Positions 7,694 through 13,362 of a DNA stretch of 13,362 nt are shown here, in pieces; within the stretch, counting starts at the first letter, position 1; each line of letters starts with the position of its first letter. Source of the DNA: Planctomycetota bacterium (GTDB lineage: Bacteria > Planctomycetota > PLA2 > JAEUHO01); assembly GCA_050248855.1 (NCBI GenBank), contig JBFWRP010000050.1:1-13362 (forward strand), in the 5' to 3' direction. Made by a program: the position numbers and the translations under genes. The notes beneath the pieces are model-generated. The model was not told the origin of the DNA and searched no databases. It saw only the letters and a program-made list of their open reading frames with translations.

Positions 7694-7846
7694 CTACGCC
7701 CGCTTCATCTCCTTGCCGCAGCAACAGCGCGGCGGGGACGGGCTGGCCGCCGGACAACGGTCCGGGCCCTTGGTGACTTGGACTTCGCACCCGCATGCAG
7801 GATCCGGGCACCGGTAGATCTCGCCGGTCTTGAGCGGCGTGGCCAC
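7694..7846 (-). CDS. Metallothionein-like/desulforedoxin-like Cys-rich protein, 50 aa (MATPLKTGEIYRCPDPACGCEVQVTKGPDRCPAASPSPPRCCCGKEMKRA)
   Basis: Hand-translated; below the ORF-track cutoff. GTG 7846 lies 10 nt after the upstream stop with AGGT RBS; TAG at 7696-7694. Seven Cys arranged C-x4-CGC...C...CCCG. Confidence 0.75.
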   Translation of the reverse strand: MATPLKTGEIYRCPDPACGCEVQVTKGPDRCPAASPSPPRCCCGKEMKRA

Positions 7847-7856
7847 GGTGCGCGAC

Positions 7857-8090
7857 CTACTTCTTGTTCCGGCAGCACGGCGGGACGCTCTCGTCCTGCG
7901 CGTCGCCTGTGTTGAGCGGGCACTTGTCCGCGCAGATGAGTTCGCCGGTGAGCGGGCACTCGATGAGGCCGGGGCAGTCGGCGCGAGCCGGGTCCTTGAG
8001 CGGAGCGTCCGCGCTGGAGCTTGCTCCGGCGATGGCCACGCCGGCGCCGACCAGGGCCACGATGGCCAGTGTGATGATGGCTGTTCTCAT
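7857..8090 (-). CDS. Secreted Cys-rich small protein, 77 aa
   Basis: AAGGAG RBS and ATG 8090. Signal-peptide-like N-terminus MRTAIITLAIVALVGAGVAIA. Cys pattern C39-x5-C45-x7-C53-x3-C57 plus C-terminal C72C73. Confidence 0.8.
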   Translation of the reverse strand: MRTAIITLAIVALVGAGVAIAGASSSADAPLKDPARADCPGLIECPLTGELICADKCPLNTGDAQDESVPPCCRNKK

Positions 8091-8137
8091 GGGGTTCTCC
8101 TTCAGACGTAGGTGGATTCTAGGACCGTTCACGAGGA

Positions 8138-8168
8138 TCAGACGATCTGCACCTTGGTACAGGGTTCC
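8138..8168 (-). promoter_or_regulatory. Second MerR-type operator within a candidate ECF-like promoter
   Basis: Minus strand GGAACC-CTGTACCAAGGTGCAG-AT-CGTCTGA. The dyad at 8147-8162 resembles the primary operator (ACCCTGTACCAAGGT vs ACCCTGTACCTAGGT, 14/15). Confidence 0.6.
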
Positions 8169-8185
8169 GACGAATTCGCTGGGCG

Positions 8186-8599
8186 TCAGGCGGGCACATC
8201 CCCCTCCTCCATCGCATCGAGGATCGGGCACGCCTCCACGGGGCCTCGTCCGCGGCAACGATTGGCCAACTGGGTGAGGGCGCTCGCCATCCGGCGAAGC
8301 GTCTCGATCTTGACCTGGATCTCGCCCACCTTCTCGCGCGCTCGCTGACGGATGTCGGAGCAGTCGACGCCCGGACGCACGCGCAGGTCCAACAGCGCGC
8401 GAATCTCCCGCAGCGTGAACCCGAGCGCCTGGGCCTGCTTGATGAAACGCACCCGCCGCAGCGTGTCGGGCGGGAACATGCGGTACCCCGAGCCGGTCCG
8501 GGGCGGCTTCGGGATCAGCCCACGCCGCTCGTAGTAGCGGATCGTCTGCTGGTTCACGCCGGCTGCCTGCGCAAGCGCGTGGGAGGTGAGGGACTCCAT
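8186..8599 (-). CDS. merR: Heavy-metal-responsive MerR-family regulator with Hg-MerR-like three-Cys spacing, 137 aa
   Basis: HTH LAQAAGVNQQTIRYYERRGLI, SGYR and FIKQAQALGFTLREI. Cys80, Cys115 and Cys124 (CPIL) have the same 35/9 spacing as Tn21/Tn501 MerR C82/C117/C126. Alternative ATG at 8608. Confidence 0.9.
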   Translation of the reverse strand: MESLTSHALAQAAGVNQQTIRYYERRGLIPKPPRTGSGYRMFPPDTLRRVRFIKQAQALGFTLREIRALLDLRVRPGVDCSDIRQRAREKVGEIQVKIETLRRMASALTQLANRCRGRGPVEACPILDAMEEGDVPA

Positions 8600-8606
8600 G
8601 CGCGCC

Positions 8607-8638
8607 ATTCTACACCCTGTACCTAGGTACCGAGTCAA
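8607..8638 (-). promoter_or_regulatory. MerR-type promoter/operator driving merR
   Basis: TTGACT (8638-8633), 20-bp spacer, TAGAAT (8612-8607). The spacer contains the perfect palindrome GTACCTAGGTAC (8619-8630), the GTAC-N4-GTAC form of mer operators. Confidence 0.85.
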
Positions 8639-8692
8639 GCCCCGGCTGCACCGCGTCCGGACGACCCCTCCGGCGAGTGGGAGAATTGGGTC

Positions 8693-8965
8693 ATGCGTAA
8701 GACACTCTTCGCCCTGCTTGCAGTCCTGGCCGTGTCCGTGGCGGCCTGCGGCCAGACCGATCCCTGGGAGCAGGGCTTCGCGAACAAGATCTGCCCCGTA
8801 CAGGGCGGCGAGATCGACACGGCGAACCCGTCGCTGGTCGTCCACTACCAGGGTGAGAAGATCGGTTTCTGCTGCCCGGGCTGCCCGCAAGAGTTCCAGA
8901 GGGACCCCGAGCGGTTCATGAACGAAATGCGCAGCGACCCGGCCACCTACGGCTACCGGGGCTGA
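8693..8965 (+). CDS. YHS/TRASH-domain metal-binding lipoprotein, 90 aa
   Basis: Lipobox VAAC (Cys19), NKICPV and YQGEKIGFCCPGC...F..DPERF. GGGAGA RBS. It is the only convincing plus-strand gene and is divergent from merR. Confidence 0.88.
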   Translation: MRKTLFALLAVLAVSVAACGQTDPWEQGFANKICPVQGGEIDTANPSLVVHYQGEKIGFCCPGCPQEFQRDPERFMNEMRSDPATYGYRG

Positions 8966-8986
8966 CCCAGGCAGGGCTGCGGGGCT

Positions 8987-9301
8987 TCAGCGCACCTCGC
9001 CCTCAAAGAGCACAGCCCCGCCCCGGTCGTGCAGCGTCACCCGAACGACCTCCCCGTCCGGGAGGCGCCGGTCGATCCGGATCTGCCGGGCCACACGCCA
9101 GACGAGCAAGCGATTCAGCGCATCCTCGTGGGCATCCTCCTGGGTCGTGAAGAGCACGGGCCGCTGGTCCATTGAGAGCCCACCGGCGAACTGGAGGCGC
9201 AACCCGGCGAGGTCCGTCTCGAAGCACACGTCGGGGAGCGTGGAGTGCGGGCCGAGGGGGTCGGTGACCACGTAGAACTTCGTCGCGGCGTCGATCCTCA
9301 C
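8987..9301 (-). CDS. Hypothetical phage protein, 104 aa
   Basis: GTG start overlapping the upstream stop (GTGA); globular-looking composition. Confidence 0.75.
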   Translation of the reverse strand: MRIDAATKFYVVTDPLGPHSTLPDVCFETDLAGLRLQFAGGLSMDQRPVLFTTQEDAHEDALNRLLVWRVARQIRIDRRLPDGEVVRVTLHDRGGAVLFEGEVR

Positions 9302-9627
9302 TCGCCACCGCCGTCCGTGAGCCGCGCCGTCAGCATGCAGCCAGTCCCATCCCGCGCCACGACGAGACCCTCGGCTTCGAGCGCGGCCTGGACGACCAGC
9401 GCCACCGCGGCGTCCTCGTCGTCGTCCCCTACGCCCGCGCCGGCGTCGATCGTCACATCTCTTTCAGCCGTGCCCGCCACCACGCATGCATAGCCGGGCG
9501 CGTCGGGATCGGCGTCGAAGCCCGCGCAAATGACGCCGGTCGTGTCGGGGGCCAAGGTCGTGAGGTAGCCGCGACGATGCAGCGCCGCGAACGCACGCTC
9601 GATCGCGCTTCGCAATGCCGGCGTCAA
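9298..9627 (-). CDS. Hypothetical acidic protein, 109 aa
   Basis: TTG 9627 overlaps the upstream TGA (TTGA). Protein-like part of the track's 9298..9873 ORF, starting MTPALRSAIERAF. Confidence 0.65.
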   Translation of the reverse strand: MTPALRSAIERAFAALHRRGYLTTLAPDTTGVICAGFDADPDAPGYACVVAGTAERDVTIDAGAGVGDDDEDAAVALVVQAALEAEGLVVARDGTGCMLTARLTDGGGE

Positions 9628-9866
9628 AGGGCACCGCCCTTCGCGAGCGGCGCCCAGACCGTGCGCTGCGCGTGTGTCTGCGACGGGGCGCGCATCGCGC
9701 GCGCCACCCTCCGGCGGAACATGTAGGTCGTGACCGCGTCGCGGTACGCCACCTCTTGGATCGGGGTCCGGGTCGGGATCGCCTGCAGCCTGCGGGCCGA
9801 GCGGAGGTTGCCCTCGGCCACCTCGCGCTCGACCCGGCTCTGCATCGTCTCGGGGTGGCGCGTCAT
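9624..9866 (-). CDS. Hypothetical basic protein, 80 aa
   Basis: ATG 9866 overlaps the upstream TGA (ATGA); starts MTRHPETMQSRVERE. Confidence 0.6.
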   Translation of the reverse strand: MTRHPETMQSRVEREVAEGNLRSARRLQAIPTRTPIQEVAYRDAVTTYMFRRRVARAMRAPSQTHAQRTVWAPLAKGGAL

Positions 9867-10084
9867 CGCGCACCGCCCGCGGGTACGGCCCTCTCGACGC
9901 TCGCGTACGCGGGCCCGTTGCCCTCGGGGTCGGCCTGGAGATCGATCCACCACTCCGTCCCGTCGGGCATGCGGACGAGCACCGCGGGGAAACCAGCGTC
10001 GCCGAGCGTCGCGCCGAGGATCTTCCCCCCGGCGAGGGCGTTGATGCGCTCGACCGTCCCGCCCGCCTCGTCGGCGCGACTCAC
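9863..10084 (-). CDS. Hypothetical phage protein, 73 aa, with a DPEGNGP turn motif
   Basis: GTG overlapping the DUF2924 stop; beta-strand-like pattern. Confidence 0.72.
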   Translation of the reverse strand: MSRADEAGGTVERINALAGGKILGATLGDAGFPAVLVRMPDGTEWWIDLQADPEGNGPAYASVERAVPAGGAR

Positions 10085-10476
10085 TTGGCACCGCCGTTCT
10101 GGGCAGCCGGCGCCTTCGCGCGCGTCTGGATCCCGAAGAACAGGAACCCGTTCCAGCTCGTGCCCGAGACCTCCTTGGCGATCGCCGAGAGCGAGCGCCA
10201 GGTCTTCCCGTCGAACAAGAACCCCGCGTCGAGGACCTGGACCTTGATCTCCTTGCCCTGGAACGTGCGGGTGAGAACCCCGCCCGGCCGGGGGAGGCGC
10301 GGGTCCCGCTCGCGCGGCGGCGTCGCGGCCTTGGTCGGGGCGTCGGGGGTCGCGGTCTTGGGCTTCGCCGGGGCCTTCGTCTTGGGGGAGGCCTTCGCCC
10401 GCTTCGGGCTGCGCTTCGCCGACTTCTTCCGGGCCGCCTTCTTCCGGGCGGGCTTCTTCGTGGTCTTGGTCGCCAT
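10081..10476 (-). CDS. DUF2924-like domain protein with Lys/Ala/Pro-rich N-terminal tail, 131 aa
   Basis: RDPRLPRPGGVLTRTFQG...GFLFDGKTWRSLSAIAKEVSGTSWNGFLFFG matches the DUF2924 C-terminal signature. AAGGAG RBS before ATG 10476. Confidence 0.85.
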   Translation of the reverse strand: MATKTTKKPARKKAARKKSAKRSPKRAKASPKTKAPAKPKTATPDAPTKAATPPRERDPRLPRPGGVLTRTFQGKEIKVQVLDAGFLFDGKTWRSLSAIAKEVSGTSWNGFLFFGIQTRAKAPAAQNGGAK

Positions 10477-10633
10477 GGTCAGTCTCCTTGCGGCGGGGGG
10501 ACTCCCCACCGGTCGGGTTGCATCAGGGCTCTGGTCGGGGGGCACATCAAGGGCTGTCTGCCGCCCCAGGAGCCCGAGAAATAGGCCTCTCCGGGCCGCT
10601 CGGGGTCTGTAAGGCTCCCCGGACCCCGCGCCA

Positions 10634-13159
10634 TCACAGCACCCCCCTCTCCCGGCCGCCGCCGGTCGCGTCGAGGTACTCGCGGCAGACCCGGCACCCG
10701 GCGGCGCTGCCCTCGCGCCGGTCGTCCCGGCCGCAGATCGGGCACCGGGGCCAGAGGGAGCCGCAGGCCTCTTCCCGGACGGCCTCCCGCTCGGCTGCCT
10801 CGACGGGGTCGTCCGGGTCCGATTGCGCCGCTTGCGACACTTGCGCGCTTTGGTACGTAAAGTCGCCCTCGCGTGCGCGCGTAGGCGGACTTCCCCGTTC
10901 GTGCGTCGTATCCGACGAATGCGTCGCAAGGCCAACGCCCTTCCACCCACGGCCGCGGATTCCGGCGCAGTCCTTCACGGCCCGAAGCCCACGATCCGTG
11001 AGCTTGGCGCCGAACGCCTTCGCCGAGAGGGCCTCCTCGCCCTCGTCCTCGGCCCACGTCGTGTAGGCGGCTCGCAGCTCCTTGGACGTGACCACCAGAC
11101 TGGCCCCGAGGCGGCAGCGGTCTGCGATGAACCGGCCGACGTGGTCCTCGGACTCCCGGTACTCCTCGACTGCGGCCAGCACGACCTCGGGGGGCCGCAG
11201 CCCCTCGCACTGCCACTCGAGGCAGCCGCGCACGGCCCACGCGAGGACGCCGGGCAGCTCGTCCTTCAACTTGCGACGGAGACTGTTGTCCCGCTTCTCC
11301 TTCGAGAAGGTCACGGGCCAGGGCACGAGCCGCACGCGCCGCCACATGGCGTGGTCGGTGCCCCGGATCCGCGGCCGGTGGTTCCCGCTCAGGATCAGCT
11401 TCCCGGTCGGCTGGTAGGTGAAGAACTCCTGGTAGTGGAACCGGCAGGTGATCGGGTCCTCGCCCGTGAACCCCTTCACGGCCGCCTCGTCGAGCCGCAC
11501 GCCCTCGTTAGGCTCGGCCGCCACGACGAGCCGGGCACCACGCAGCGCGGCCAGGTCGTTCGTCGCCGACCCCTGGCGCCGCACGAGGAATGTGTCGTAG
11601 GGCGTCACCTTCGCGTACTCGCCGAGCCCGAGTAGCGCGATCAGGGTGTCCGAGTAGACGCCCTTGCCGTTCTCGCCACCCCCGTGGTGGATCGCGAAGA
11701 CCTGCTCTCCCATCGTGCCCGTCAGGCAGTACCCGGCATAGCGGGCCAGGAACCCGCGCACGTCGGGATCGGGCTGGACCTGTTCGAGGAACCGCGACCA
11801 CTGCGGCGCGCGGGCGTCCGGGTCGTAGGCGACGGGGACGAGCTTGGTGAGGAGATCCTCGCGCCGGTGCGGGCGCAGTTCGCCCGTGCGCAGGTCGAGC
11901 GTGCCGTTCGCGACGTTGAGCAGCCACGGGTCGGCGTCCAGCGCGTCGGTCGTGACGACGAGCTCGGGCTCCGTCTCGGCCAGCGCCAGCACCGCGCGCA
12001 GGCGCTCCGCGCCCTGGCTCTTGGCGGCCCACTTCCCGAGGGCCTCCGCGTCCTCGACGCTGCGCGCGTTGCGGGCCTCGGACCAGATCGTGCGCACGGC
12101 GGCCTTCGCGCGCCGCATGGCGGCACCCGTCCCGTCCTCCTTCCACCGGCGGCCGTCCCACACGAGCCAGCCAAGCGCCCGCGAGTAGAGGAGGTCTGCG
12201 CCGTGGTGGTTGACGAGCCGACGAGCGTTGGCGAGGTCCGTGCACAGCCCCGCGGAGTCCGCCCAAGGCGGGGAGGGGGCGTCGGGGTCGCCGCCGGGCG
12301 TCCCGCTCTGGCCCGCCGGGCCTCGCCCCTTCGAAGGCATCTCCTGATCGAGGAGGTGCCCGCGCCGCGTCGCCTTCTTGTCCGCGTCCTTGATCTTGTG
12401 GCGCAACTCCTTCTCGGACCACGGCGGCTCGCACCCCGCGTTCCACTCCGACAGGAGCGCGTAGGCCGTCTCGGTGTCGAGGTCGAATCCCTCGACGATC
12501 GAGCACGCCGCCTTGAACGTCTGGTCGTGACCGTGCTGGCCGCTGACCGCCGGCGGGACCTTCGCGAGGTAGGCCCGGGCCCTGGCGACCTTGTTCTCGT
12601 CGGCGACATGCGGCGCGGCGCGCGTCCCGGCCGGCGCGGGCCCCGGCGCGGGCGCGCGGATCCTCGCGAGGAGATCCGCAGGCAGCGGGGGAAGCGGCAG
12701 CGCGCCCGTGCCCTCGCGCCACTCGTAGGGCCGCTTCGTGTCCGGGTGCGTGGATCCGACGAACACGACCTGGCCACCGTCGCTCTTGACCTCGACGCCG
12801 GGAGCGAGCCGGTCCTTGGACTGCGGCACGGGGGCACCGTCGTCCGGGTAGGCGAAGTAGACGTGGAGTCCGCCGGAGCCCGTGACGACGACGGGCCCGG
12901 GCGGGAGATCCTCGGGCGGCTTCCCTCCGCGCTGCGGATCGACATCGAGCACCACGACGCCTGAGACGCGCCCGCACCGCAGCCCCACGTTCCCCGACTC
13001 GGCCCAGCGCCGGACGGTCTCGGCGGTCGGGGGCGGGGCCGAGTTCCAACGCTTCGTGGTGGGCGCCTTGCCGTTGAGCGGCGTCAGCGCCCACCCGCGC
13101 GCGTGGGCGTCGAGCGCGTGGGCGACGCGGGCGGCGACGGTAGGGTCCTCGTGCTCCAT
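10634..13159 (-). CDS. Bifunctional primase-polymerase + PriCT + D5/P4-family SF3 helicase, 841 aa
   Basis: Prim-Pol motifs NVGLRCG, VVLDVD, VVTGSGGLHVYF and GGQVV. D5_N TDLANARRL and LNVANGTLDL. Walker A GGGENGKG, LVVAAE, LILSGNHRP and AMWRR. GGAGG upstream of ATG 13159. Confidence 0.93.
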   Translation of the reverse strand: MEHEDPTVAARVAHALDAHARGWALTPLNGKAPTTKRWNSAPPPTAETVRRWAESGNVGLRCGRVSGVVVLDVDPQRGGKPPEDLPPGPVVVTGSGGLHVYFAYPDDGAPVPQSKDRLAPGVEVKSDGGQVVFVGSTHPDTKRPYEWREGTGALPLPPLPADLLARIRAPAPGPAPAGTRAAPHVADENKVARARAYLAKVPPAVSGQHGHDQTFKAACSIVEGFDLDTETAYALLSEWNAGCEPPWSEKELRHKIKDADKKATRRGHLLDQEMPSKGRGPAGQSGTPGGDPDAPSPPWADSAGLCTDLANARRLVNHHGADLLYSRALGWLVWDGRRWKEDGTGAAMRRAKAAVRTIWSEARNARSVEDAEALGKWAAKSQGAERLRAVLALAETEPELVVTTDALDADPWLLNVANGTLDLRTGELRPHRREDLLTKLVPVAYDPDARAPQWSRFLEQVQPDPDVRGFLARYAGYCLTGTMGEQVFAIHHGGGENGKGVYSDTLIALLGLGEYAKVTPYDTFLVRRQGSATNDLAALRGARLVVAAEPNEGVRLDEAAVKGFTGEDPITCRFHYQEFFTYQPTGKLILSGNHRPRIRGTDHAMWRRVRLVPWPVTFSKEKRDNSLRRKLKDELPGVLAWAVRGCLEWQCEGLRPPEVVLAAVEEYRESEDHVGRFIADRCRLGASLVVTSKELRAAYTTWAEDEGEEALSAKAFGAKLTDRGLRAVKDCAGIRGRGWKGVGLATHSSDTTHERGSPPTRAREGDFTYQSAQVSQAAQSDPDDPVEAAEREAVREEACGSLWPRCPICGRDDRREGSAAGCRVCREYLDATGGGRERGVL
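10823..10930. repeat. Two inverted arrays of three 9-bp degenerate repeats (iteron-like)
   Basis: TTGCGCCGC/TTGCGACAC/TTGCGCGCT at 10823, 10832 and 10841. TGCGTCGTA/TCCGACGAA/TGCGTCGCA at 10902, 10911 and 10920. CTTGCGACAC vs the reverse complement of GCGTCGCAAG is 9/10. Confidence 0.6.
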
Positions 13160-13163
13160 GCGT

Positions 13164-13361
13164 TCACCGCCTCCCCGCCGCCGCCTTGAGCCACGGCTCC
13201 CAGCGCAGGGCGCGTGTGGGGTGCCACCGGCCGCATTCGTCCTTGCGGAACCACGGGTGCCTGCCACCCAGGGCCGCGTTGCGTGCCCCAAGGAGCCCAG
13301 CGATGCAGCGACGCGCGTCCGCCGATGCGCCGAGGCCTCGTGCGATCTCTTCACCCGTCAG
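13164..13361 (-). CDS. 3' part of an upstream gene, winged-helix-like (LTGEEIARGLG...HPWFRKDECGRW...); 5' end outside the window
   Basis: Hand-translated open frame of 65 codons ending at TGA 13166-13164, 4 nt before the primase ATG. Confidence 0.55.
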   Translation of the reverse strand: MTGEEIARGLGASADARRCIAGLLGARNAALGGRHPWFRKDECGRWHPTRALRWEPWLKAAAGRR

Positions 13362-13362
13362 C

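Larger units (their letters stand above)
1..13362 (-). mobile_element. HK97-like temperate phage/prophage segment (replication module through DNA packaging and head genes); both ends lie outside the window
   Basis: Co-oriented primase-helicase, HNH, TerS, TerL, portal and S49 protease in the usual order. Eleven 4-bp start/stop overlaps (ATGA/GTGA/TTGA) link the minus-strand genes. No integrase or att site is in view. Confidence 0.95.

Noticed and set aside
7705..7959. 84-aa minus-strand ORF in the track
   Set aside because: Arg-rich off-frame reading that overlaps the two better-supported Cys-rich genes.
8600..8890. N-terminal extension of MerR given by the track (8186..8890)
   Set aside because: It runs across the operator/promoter and antisense to the YHS gene; MerR similarity begins at Met 8599.
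7685..8986. Looked for IS ends, target-site duplications or a transposase bounding the metal cassette
   Set aside because: None found by eye, so the acquisition mechanism is not evident.
10479..10634. Possible 51-aa ORF (MARGPGSLTD...) starting at the TGATG overlap with the primase stop
   Set aside because: The coupling is suggestive, but the peptide has no protein-like features and the region looks regulatory; it cannot be supported without homologues.
10479..13094. Alternative-frame ORFs over the primase (10479..11345, 11508..13094, 11722..12945, 11684..12964)
   Set aside because: Arg/Gly/Pro/Ala-rich off-frame or antisense translations that overlap a motif-supported gene.
1..13362. CRISPR arrays, tRNA/rRNA genes, DGR or retron components, intrinsic terminators
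   Set aside because: No regularly spaced repeats, cloverleaf, reverse transcriptase or hairpin-plus-U-tract was seen.

Overview
Very GC-rich window from a temperate, HK97-like (HNH/cos-type) phage or prophage, almost entirely on the minus strand. In transcription order (right to left) it contains: the 3' end of a small winged-helix-like gene; a Prim-Pol/D5(P4)-type primase-helicase; a DUF2924-like protein with a histone-H1-like tail; four coupled hypothetical genes; a roughly 1.3-kb inserted metal-response cassette; an HNH packaging endonuclease with a likely cos region; two tandem toxin-less Phd/YefM antitoxin-like genes; a small ORF; a ParB-like/DNA-methyltransferase fusion; small and large terminase; a 51-aa membrane protein; the portal; and an S49 prohead protease. 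The most unusual part is the cassette at 7694-8965. It has a three-cysteine Hg-type MerR with a matching GTAC-N4-GTAC operator in a 20-bp-spacer promoter, and a second operator in an ECF-sigma-like promoter. It also has a secreted Cys-rich peptide, a 50-aa metallothionein-like ORF missing from the supplied ORF track, and a divergent YHS/TRASH lipoprotein, but no reductase or transporter. A long hairpin that buries the HNH start codon separates the cassette from the packaging operon. The host may be a Planctomycetota-like organism, but that is inference only. All family assignments come from motif recognition by eye; no database searches were run.
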